NCBI GenBank assembly: GCA_964016885.1
Contig: OZ024761.1
Coordinates: forward strand, 16,368,001 to 16,432,000
Reading direction: 5' to 3'
DNA from: Eledone cirrhosa
Lineage: Eukaryota
DNA: 64,000 bases
Shown here: in pieces, positions 14,258 through 24,486 of the stretch
How positions within the stretch are numbered: position 1 is the stretch's first letter
Layout: each line of letters opens with the position of its first letter
Notes under the pieces: model-generated
Told to the model about the DNA's origin: nothing
Database searches by the model: none
Seen by the model: the letters and a program-made list of their open reading frames with translations, nothing else
Position numbers and translations under genes: made by a program

Positions 14258-14469
14258 AATAAACGAAGCTAAATTTTAATTATTTGACTTTTATTTAACT
14301 TTATTTTAAACTACTCCGGAGTAACCAAACCAACCTGCGCACTTCGTCGAGTGCTCCAGCCTGCATACTGGGGTGTTGGTATACAACCAACATAAACTCA
14401 AAATCTATATATATATAGATATATAATATATGTATCTGTGAGTGTGAAGCCACATCAACTGTGTAATGC

Positions 14470-14733
14470 ATTGTGTATTGAACAATTTATTTCATATTAC
14501 TCCAGTTTACTCAGCTGTATAAAGGAGATGCCTCCTTTCCCTGGGACAACATTGGTGGCGAGGAGAGGAGAGACTAGTATGAATGGGTGATTGCTTGTCT
14601 TCTACAATCTTGTGCCTCACAGGGGAACTTTCTAGTTCTTTATCTTTAGGTTGTGAACCCCAAATCTGAAAGATTTCGCCTGGTGTTAAGTTAGACATGG
14701 CCTAGGCAAACACTGGCTGAAACTTATCAAAGT
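14470..14733 (+). mobile_element. SINE remnant whose 3' tail is homologous to the 3' end of the LINE at 9166-11660
   Basis: Body CTCCAGTTTACTCAGCTGTA matches the SINE at ~4710. Tail CCCAAATCTGAAAGATTTCGCCTGGTGTTAAGTTAGACATGGCCTAGGCAAACACTGGCTGAAAC..TCAAAGTTA matches 11565-11661. Confidence 0.75.
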
Positions 14734-14767
<34 letters not shown>

Positions 14768-15920
14768 TATCTTATTCTTATTCTTTGCCCACTAATTCCT
14801 GAGAGGGGAAAAACTTTGGCGCTTGTACGTCAGGCGAATGACCAAGTGTTAAATCACACACAGACACATATATGTATTCTGGTCGTTAAGTTGAAATTAT
14901 ATTTATATATAATTACTGGCTTGTCTCTTCACAACCAGAAAATACTTCACATTATTCTAATTAGTTTAAATACATATGGTTCTTCTTGGCATTTTATATC
15001 TAGTGTATTTCTACATTTGTGTGTTAATCTCTCGTTACACAGATAAAACATAAGGGATACGATATATCAGTATATATTCAAGTTACCGGATAAAGAAAAG
15101 GTTATATGAAATCCCCTCACCGGCACTTTAAACTTGGATATTACATTTACGAAAAGAGATAAATTTTTATCAGTATTTTGGCTTCTTGAACTGATAGTAA
15201 CTTCCTAAACATCTTTGTTATATACCTACATTCTTAACATCGCATCATATTTTTCTGATCCCGGGGTGGTACTGCTGTTTATATTATGTCTACGACAATG
15301 TCACCTCTACTAAAAACACCCAAACTCAATCATCTAGCTTCTAATCAGACATCACAATAATCACTGCCCACACCATTTCCTATTCGGAATGTTGGTTTCA
15401 TGCAATATCTCTCCATGTCTTTCAAAAAAAAAAAAATGACTTAACAGTTTACACTGAACATTAAAGTCAACGGTACCTCTGGTCTACCAAACACACACAT
15501 TTAATTACGCTAACCTCTAATGTTTTATCTGTATATGATGAGATTAACAACTGCGCCTATATTTATATAAACATATGTAGGTCTACTTCATTAAACTCAT
15601 ATTTTCTATTAGAATTAGAATTTAAACTAGGACCAACACACGACTCTTGGTTTAACTTTCTAATGTGTTCTTGAAACTGTAATACTGGTAAGTCTTAGAG
15701 ATAGTTGAGGTTTTGTTCCAGCCCTAAATTTGGCTTTTCTTTTCCTTTAAACGAAACTAAAACTTTTTCTCTACGACAATATTACATAACTCTTTTTACA
15801 TACCAAAAAGAAAAAGAAACTTGACCTTCGAAGACAACAAGAATATACTTGCTTCTATGGAGTCGGAAAAAAGAAAATATATACACACATATAGGTGTAC
15901 ATACATCTATCTATATCTAT

Positions 15921-15971
<51 letters not shown>

Positions 15972-16273
15972 AATAAGTAGAAGGGATATTTAATTTGTTG
16001 GTAATTCAACAAATATATATATTTATAATTGATTCGAAGCAGTCGACAGTTTTCTGGAGTATAATAAATGGAAACTATATTTATAAAACCATATTTATTC
16101 TATTATATATATTTCAAGCGTACCAAAACTTTGGTGCGCTCTCATCAGATAAAATACAAAGTTTGTTTTATAAATTTTGACATATCCAGGAACGAGATGT
16201 TAACAGTTCAAATTTTACCTGGTATTTATTAATATCATTGATATATGTATAGGCAGAGAGGTACATGTATGTA

Positions 16274-16325
<52 letters not shown>

Positions 16326-17343
16326 AGAGAAAGTAGAGTTTCAGTTAAGTTTATTATTAGTTGAGTCACGGCTGGAAGGCCATTGATTATTCAGGTTGTT
16401 TAGTCTTGGTAACCCAGGTCTGTACTGTCTATAAAAATAAACAACATAAATAGCTCTGTGTGAAAATGCCTGAATAAGACAGATACACGTGGGAAAATAT
16501 ACAAGGTTCACAACAACTGTGGGCAAATTTCATTAACCCCAATGAAGAAATACGTTTATTGTTATTGTGTCGTTGGTTTACACTTGCAGGTGGTTGAAGT
16601 CTGTAAACAAATATTAAGGGAGGTAAGTATAGAACACGCAATTCTCAAGGGAGATAACTCAAACATGAAATGAAAATTTATTCTAAAATGATAGACGTCT
16701 TTAAAAAATAGAACAAGAATCAAAACATTCTTGAAAATAGAATTAAAGAAACGCAGATTGTATTCTATTGTTTATTTTTTTTTATTTTTCCTTCCATATA
16801 TACTAATGTATATATAAATGTACATACATATATATCTATATGTAATATAAGAGAAAGATGTTTATTGGTTGGTTGAATTACACGAAAACTACACACACAC
16901 ACATCTAAAGAGAGAAATACAATTAAAGTGTTAGATATTCACAGAGAGTGACGTCCCACAAATGTATCAGTTAGCTTTTATAGAGTCGTTTTACAGTCTT
17001 TGATTTTACAGAACAAAGAAAAATGATACTATTTGAAATAAATCTACCCTCCAGCTTTTATATATACACTAATTTACATTCCGTACCAACGAAGCAACAC
17101 TTCAATCTATCTCTCTCGATAAATATATATAGCTCTGCCGTCGGGGTCATACTTTTTCCCATATATATATATATGAGGGGTAAACTGAAATAATTACACC
17201 GGTAACATAATTAGTTTTACACCGGTATTTCCGAAACATACTCTCGTTGGCATTCGTTTATACGAGGTAAACTTTTTTATGCCGTTTAACTGAGTGTTTA
17301 ACTGTAGATTGACTTGCTTTGTCATACTTTCATATACACACAG

Positions 17344-17378
<35 letters not shown>

Positions 17379-17574
17379 TTTATTATTAGAACGTCGATTA
17401 ATCGACTTTACCCTCTCCCCGAATTGATAGGTCTGTGCCTTTAGTAAAGATCATTAAGTTTGTATTCTTTCTAATGAGAAGAGATACAAATAATAAGTCA
17501 AGTGTAAAATTAAAGTAGAAAGATATGACAATAGCATTTAAAATTTTTCTCCACTTTATTGAGATTCAAATATT

Positions 17575-17792
17575 GGTTTCTTATATAGGCACAAGGCCAG
17601 TGATTTTGGGGGAGGGGAAAGTCGATTAAATCGACCCCAGTGCGTGACTGGTACTTTATTTTACCGACCCCGTGAGGATGAAAGGCAAAGTTAACCTCGG
17701 CGGGATTTGAAATCAGATCATAAAGGGCCGTAACTCTTTGCTGCAAAGCTTGGCGTCCGACTCTCTACCGATACTGCCAATCCACCACCCTC
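17575..17792 (-). mobile_element. Full-length SINE with a 17-bp TSD
   Basis: ATTGAGATTCAAATATT at 17558-17574 and 17793-17809. Array paralogs show the empty site (ctttattgagatgcaaac). Confidence 0.9.
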
Positions 17793-18087
17793 ATTGAGAT
17801 TCAAATATTAAAAGGAAAAAACATAATAAAAATATATATAATGTCATAACATAGGATAGGATAACATTCGGATAGGATGGTCGTTTCTGTTGTCTTCGGC
17901 ACGTAGTTCTAAATTCGTCATCTTCCTTTCCAGTCATAAATATGTCGTTGACGGACGTAAGCATAAGTTTAATTTCTTCTTAAATGAAGTACTAATCCTT
18001 AGGTAGCCGTCTTGGTGGTACATTTATTAGCTTTAATTCATGTCTACACTCCTTGTAATAATTCGTACGTTTTTGTGATTGTTAATA

Positions 18088-18236
18088 ATTGTTTCTACTT
18101 TTGACACAAGGCCAGAAATTGCTGGTACTTTATTTTATCGACCCCGTAAGGATGAAAGGCAAAGTTGACCTCGGCGTGATTTGAACTCAGAATGGAAAGG
18201 GCCGTAACGCTATGCGTCAAAGCATGACGTCCTACC
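18088..18236 (-). mobile_element. SINE (339-582 family)
   Basis: TGTTTCTACTTTTGACACAAGGCCAG...TCGACCCCGTAAGGATGAAAGGCAAAGTTGACCTCGGC...TTTGAACTCAGAA. Confidence 0.85.
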
Positions 18237-19295
18237 CTAATAATAAACAAAGTGGTCTACTAAATTGACAGAGGCCAATATGGAAGTAAGAGTTGTTTAA
18301 TCTTGGTCAGAATTGTCTTCCGTCAAGGTTAAGTCTCGCTTTCTCTCCTGTAAAATAAATAGGCTGTTTTTAGACCAGGAGAATGGGAGGATTGACTCAG
18401 TCAGATTTAAATGCACACATGACGGTAAATACGACAGTCCTACAACAATAGCTAAGTGTCTATAACAATCACGCATTTAAGTGACTGAAAACCTTACTAA
18501 TTTGTTTTTATTTTGGTACTTGAAAACAAAATTTAGAAAAAAATTATATATTTAATTTCACGTAAGTCAAATACAATGTATTTAAATGAATCTACAGATG
18601 GAGTTGCAATATCTGCCAAGACTTTAGAAATAGTGAAATATATAATTTTTTTAAATTAAAACTACTTTTCAAAGGAATAATAAACACACACATACATACA
18701 TACATACATATCTAGTGGAGATATTTCTGAGATTGGAAACCCTATCGATGTATGTATTTTGTCACTGAAAAGTTATCAAAAAATTATTATTATATATACA
18801 TATGTGTGTTTATGATGTAAGTAAAATGAATCCATATATGAGGTTTTCGATACCTGCCAGAGCTTATGAATTAGTAAAATAATATTTTTTCTTTTTTTTC
18901 AATTATGTCAAACATCGTATGTGGTTCTTTATCAAAGAAATGCTAAAATAGATTTAAATATATGAAATTTGCGCAGTAGAATGACGGCCAATTGGTGGTA
19001 TCGCAGGTAGCGGAGGGGGAACTAAAAAGGTGGCTTCGAGATGATCGTAGCCCAGAAGTTAGTGACCATTCTTTAGATTAAAAAAATAAAACTTTTAAAT
19101 TTAAGATAAAGTAGAAGATCGAAACCCTATCACCAATCTATATACACTCAATTGATGCGTAGATACACCACAACTACCCACACGGCCACCTACAGACTAA
19201 CAAATACAGAGTGAAAATAAACACATTTAAAGCTATTTTATTATAAGACTGAAAATAAGTTTATATATGTAAATATTCAAAAGAAAATCACTTAA

Positions 19296-19360
19296 GTCTT
19301 TATAGTCTAGTGGTAAGACATAGGACTGGGGAATGCCGTGGTTAGATTTCGAATCAACTT
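19296..19360 (+). other. Degenerate tRNA-like / Pol III promoter head, present once per unit
   Basis: A-box-like TAGTCTAGTGG and B-box-like GATTTCGAATC about 42 nt downstream, followed by a T-run. No complete cloverleaf. Copies near 25527, 31787, 38092, 44383, 50690, 56985 and 63276. Confidence 0.45.
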
Positions 19361-21127
19361 ACAACATTAATTTTTTTTATCCTCACACTGTAAGGAATTT
19401 GCTAGATTTGAACACGTAGTCATACCATTTAAAGCTTTATTTTTCTCTCTCTGGTGGTAAGACAGTCAGCATATAAATAAACGTGCCATACCATTTAAAA
19501 CTTTATTTGGAGATAAGCCAAAGACACATAAATGCACCAAGTAGTAAACCCTTGATTTAACTTACTATGAAGATGAAGAATGTCTTAATATCAAAGTGAC
19601 GTTAAATTTAGGGGTCAATTTCATTGTTTGTAATTTACAGAAACACCTTAATATAATACAATGTACAGGATATATATGTCAGAATGAATAATTTTTATTT
19701 TCTTGTTCCGTCAAACCTTGCGTTTATTCTACACACACACGTCGAAACACTTGCTTGAGGTGGCTTTCTTAGTCGTAATGAGAAGTGTTGGCTTTGTGGA
19801 GATTGATACAACTTTGGGTGATGATACGAGGAGAGGCAAGCTTGTGGAAAGTGTCTTAGTGGAAGAGATGACATCAGATCAGTAACCTCCAAAGAGATGA
19901 AATTAGTGACTGAGATGCTATCATTGCATAGTTAAGAATATATATAACAGATATATACTATAAATTTAACAAATCAAACTACAGTTATACTCTAACACGG
20001 AAGACAAATAAAACTTTACCTCTATCATGCACGTCGTATCCAGTGTGTTGTTATAAAAAAACCGGTGAAACACTAAATATCCCACCAGTGTAGCGATTTT
20101 ATATTCTCTCTGCTTCATCGTACCACCCAGTAACATGAAACTGTATTCAAATCTCTGGGAGGTAGAATTACGTCGCTTTAAAATAAACACACTGGGGTCA
20201 GTTTGAATATTGATTTCATGTGAAAAATATATACATATTATGATTGTACTCCGAACTATCAATATTGAAACAATTCTAATGCGCCAATAAAATTTATATA
20301 TATATACAGCAACAGTGTTTTCGATCTTTCTTACTTTTTTATTCACATTCTACAGTCACTTTAACTCTGTAATAAAACCCAACACGAGACGAACGTTAAC
20401 TGCAGTTACCCACGAAATTAACGCACACACAAATGAATATTTATATACTACTAAAGTGTATGTAAAATTAAAAAATAAATACTTAAATTCTATGTATAAC
20501 TAAACATGCAATATGTTTTGTTGTAAAACACTAAATAATGATTTAAGAAACGATGTCAATCTTTTTGTAGTGAAAAACATTAATTTATGTGTGTGCATAT
20601 ATGCTCCATTTAAGACAGCGAAAAAACCAGTACCTCCTGCAAAGAATGCCAAACAGTTTAAGCCTCGGGGATACCGGTGTAACACTAATTAAGTTACCGG
20701 TGTTGATATTTCAGTTGAACCCTGCTTCAACAAACTCCCCGGTAATTTGAAATCGAGTTCAGAGTGAGGGGTGTAAAACAGAATTCTGTTTGGAAAATAG
20801 TAAATTCTAAACCTGCTAGAAATAGCAGCGAAATGTAATACTTTGGGTACGAGGTGCGACTGTCTTACCCCTTATTATATATATATATATGCGTAAGTAG
20901 ATTCACGGGTCGCGTCGGGAAGAAACCACAATAAATACAATGTACTCAATAGATTGGCACAGTATATATATATGTGTGTGTATACATATAAATATATGTG
21001 TGTGTGTATGTATATATACATATAAATACTTATATATATGCATACATATATGTATACACACACACATATATATATATATATTTGTGTATATATAGCTGTG
21101 TGTGTATTTCTATATATATAATTATTA

Positions 21128-21224
21128 GAGTTTAACTTTGCCTTTAATCCTTACGGGGTCGATAAAATAAAGTACCAGTAATGTACTGGGATAATTGCTG
21201 GCCTTGTGCCAAAAAGTAGAAACC
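21128..21224 (+). mobile_element. 5'-truncated SINE inserted only in unit 1
   Basis: Flanked by ATTATTA on both sides; all other units show the empty site ATAATTATTACTTAGG. Confidence 0.85.
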
Positions 21225-21301
21225 ATTATTACTTAGGTTCTAAGGAATATTCCGCGAATGTCGGGGTTTACTGTGTATATATATATATGTATATACATAT
21301 T

Positions 21302-21677
21302 TATTGCTTTCACTGTTATTTCTAGCATAAAAAAGAAAAACCGGAAGGGGAGAAAATTGAAAAACTTCTTCTTTTTCCCCCTCTAACTTTTCAAACAAAA
21401 GGAAATTTTATGTAAACAAAAACGACATTTTTGCCAAGAAAGATAACTCTTCTCTGACTTAAATCCAAAATTGGGATACAAAAAATTGCGGAATATTTTT
21501 TGTATCCCAATTTTGGATTTAAGTCAGAGAAGAGTTATCTTTCTTGGCAAAAATTTCGTTTTTGTTTACATAAAATTTCCTTTTGTTTGAAAAGTTAGAG
21601 GGGGAAAAAGAAGAAGTTTTTCAATTTTCTCCCCTTCCGGTTTTTTCTAGCGTATGCTAGAAATAGCAGTCAAAGTA

Positions 21678-21680
<3 letters not shown>
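21302..21680. repeat. ~380-bp foldback hairpin (MITE-like), unit 1
   Basis: Arms ~185 bp, near-perfect; ~10-nt loop TTGCGGAATA; TA-rich flanks. Confidence 0.95.
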
Positions 21681-21708
<28 letters not shown>

Positions 21709-22785
21709 TTTTTGTGACAATATATATAGTTTTAACGCTAAATTATTAACAACAATATATTGTATTTGTTTGCCTATTGGACGCATAAGACGCTCACTCG
21801 ATTTTAATTATATTTTACGTTGTATTTTGAGGTTTATAGGCATTTCTATGGACCACCTATAATATTCGCGGTTTTTCACTATTCTCGGGTTCTCTAGGAC
21901 TGTAAACCCCACGAATGCCGGGGGGTAACTGTATATGAATATATCGACTAATAATATACAGTATAATTGTACGAGTATGCATATACATAGCAATATATAT
22001 ACACTAATATATATACATGTCTAGACATATATGTACATATATATAGACACACATGTATATATATATATATATGCATGTATGTATATATGTACACATATAT
22101 ATACATATATATATATGCATGTATGTATATATGTATATATATATATATATATATATAGACATGTGTGTGTGTATGTACATTCTTAGGTATATACATATAT
22201 ATTTATACACACATACATACAAATATATATATTTCTATGAGTCACGGTTTATTACACATTGGAGACAGCGTGAGAGATTTAGCTTTCATTTTTAGCAGAT
22301 TTAGAAACTTCGCAAACGCTTTAATTTTTCTTATTGCCGGTACTCTGAACACGATTTGAAATGACTGGAGTGAGTTTATAAAAGGGTAAACTGAAATAGT
22401 TGCACCGGTAATATATTTAGTGTTACACCGTTATTGTCGAAACAATCTCTTTCGCATTCGTCTGCAAGAGGTAACGTTTTCTATGCCGTCTCTGGTAGTG
22501 TAGAACTGTAGGTTGACTTGCTTGGATTTTACAACTCTTTGTCAACGTGCATATTATTATTATATACTTTCAAACACACTTACATATATTATATTTATAA
22601 ACATATAGGATTTTACTAAGCTTTTATTCTTTCTAATGTGAAGAGATAGAAATAATAAGTTAAAACTAAAGTATAATGATATAACAACAGCATATAATAG
22701 TTTTCTCCACTTTATTGAGATGCAAACATTTTAAAGAAAAAACATGACGGTATAAGAAATATTTAATATCATAACATATAATATT

Positions 22786-23606
22786 TCAGGTAGGATGGTC
22801 GTTTCTCTTGTCTTCCACCTCCAGTTGTAGATTCTTCATGTCCTCTCTAGCCATAATTTTGTCGTCGACATATGCATAAGTTTGATTTCTTCTTGAATGA
22901 ATTGCAAATCTTGAGGTAGCCTTCTTGGTACATTTATTAGCTTTAATTCGTGTTTACACGGCTTGTAATAATTCGTACGTTTTTTACTTTAGATGAAACA
23001 TGTATATAAAAACTTCTGTGGCTTTGGTATACCTTTAAGTTTGATTTCAATAGAAAAATACTTACTGAACATGTGTAACACAATTATAACTGGATCTACT
23101 TAGTTCCTAGCCACTATAAAAAAATCTATTTGATAGAAGTTATTTCCTAGTTCTATGCACTGTCAATATCCCTTCTACTTTTTATATGCTTGTATTTGTT
23201 TAAGAAACATTCTCTGATTTAGAAACCACGATCTTCTCGCACCACCGTTGTAGTAATTCTTGTTAAATGTTTTGTCTGGTCTATTGTCAATAAGTGTCCT
23301 TGTTTTCTGATTATGAATAAAGTTAAGTGGTCTACTGAATTGTCTTAATTATTGCTAATTTATAAGTTTGTTTAACTGCCGATAACTTTTAAATCTATTT
23401 CTTAGGTTGCTTAGGCCTACAAATCTTATATCAGTGTCCCTCCTTTTGACACTTTCTACGAGTGAATCCTTAAATTGACATTTTATTTTGGGTTGTACTG
23501 CCTTATCCCACCTATAACAGCTAGAAGCAAATATAGTAAAAACAGGTCCTTGACTGTGGAGACGAATATGAGTTATGTTGAATATAATTGTTGAGGTTTA
23601 TTCAAT
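22786..23606 (-). pseudogene. Module A: degenerate coding exon of an unidentified secreted/membrane protein
   Basis: Acceptor ttttttcttctcttAG, then a mutated start (ATA) and IFVSTVKDLFLLYLLLAVIGG (signal-peptide-like). C-terminal block ...CKHELKLINVPRRLPQDLQFIQEEIKLM/VDDKIMAREDMKNLQLEVEDKRNDHPT*; multiple stops and frameshifts. Copies at about 29062-29870, 35329-36147, 41652-42458, 47925-48743, 54250-55056 and 60545-61351. Confidence 0.55.
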
Positions 23607-24149
23607 CTAAGAGAAGAAAAAATAAGTAAAGTGCAAAATTAACGTTTAAAGACAAAAGTATTTCTCTTTCTCTCTGGCAAAATAAATCTGCTGTTTTTAG
23701 ACCTAGAGGAGGGGAGGATTGACTCAGTCAGGTTTCAATGCCCACATGACGGAAATTACGGCACACCTACAACAACAGTTAAGTGTCTATAACCACCATG
23801 CATTTATGAGACTAAAAACCTTGCTAGTGTATTTTTATTTTGGTACAAAAGTTTTTAAATAATTTCATAAGTTTTAAATTCAAGTAAGTCCAATATAACG
23901 TATTTAAACGAATCTATAGATAGGATTTCAATATCTTCCAGAGCTTATGAAATAGTAAAACAATTTTTTTTTCTTTTCAATTATATCAAATACCATAAGT
24001 TGTTCTTTATTAAAGAAATGCTAAAATAGATTTAGTTAGTATGACTCTGAAATGTGTTCATAAACGGTAATGTTATGTTTTCCGTAGAGCCTGTCTGTCT
24101 TACAGTATGTTTACACACAATACATACATGCATATACATAAATTAATTG

Positions 24150-24486
24150 TTTATTAGCTATATTCATCTGTTTACACTCCTCGTAATAATTCGAGCGGTT
24201 TTGTTTTTGTTTTTTCTTCAGGAGAGACGTAGATAGAAAAACGTTCGTGGCTTTAGTATTGTTTAATTGCCGATAAATTTGAAATATATTTGTTAGGTTT
24301 CTTAGAACTACAAATCTTTCTTATGACACTTACTACGGAATAAATTCTTAGCTGGATACTTTACTTTGTGATTACTTTCCTCCCAAAGCCATAACAGCTT
24401 GAATCAGATGTAGCAAAAACTTGTGAAGACCGACATGAGTTATATTGAATATAAGTGTAGACGTAAAATATTTTTGTTTATTCAAT
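24150..24486 (-). pseudogene. Module B: shorter, internally deleted paralog of module A
   Basis: Same acceptor context (AG|ATTGAATAAAC) and intact ATG: MSVFT/FLLHLIQAVMALGG, with synonymous differences from A (TTA/TTG, TTG/CTG). Copies at about 30406-30742, 36690-37043, 43002-43338, 49286-49639, 55600-55936 and 61895-62231. Confidence 0.5.

Larger units (their letters stand above)
13978..14308. mobile_element. Penelope-like pseudo-LTR remnant: inverted repeat with an internal 77-bp tandem duplication, carrying three hammerhead motifs
   Basis: 14026-14102 is duplicated at 14103-14179; inversion centre at 14180. Inverted plus tandem terminal repeats with minimal hammerheads are typical of Penelope-like elements. 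Confidence 0.7.
17177..18333 (-). pseudogene. Older, diverged paralog of the macrosatellite module (module C), interrupted by two SINEs
   Basis: 17177-18072 aligns by eye to 22383-22985. Minus strand encodes KRTNYYKECRHELKLINVPPRRLPKD*YFI*EEIKLM, versus KRTNYYKPCKHELKLINVP-RRLPQDLQFIQEEIKLM in the array. Confidence 0.6.

Noticed and set aside
19296-19360. Functional tRNA gene
   Set aside because: Acceptor, anticodon and T stems do not pair; kept only as a tRNA-like head.
22786-23606. IL-17 cluster gene (a known octopus tandem expansion)
   Set aside because: No RS.CPW or cystine-knot cysteine pattern in the frames read.
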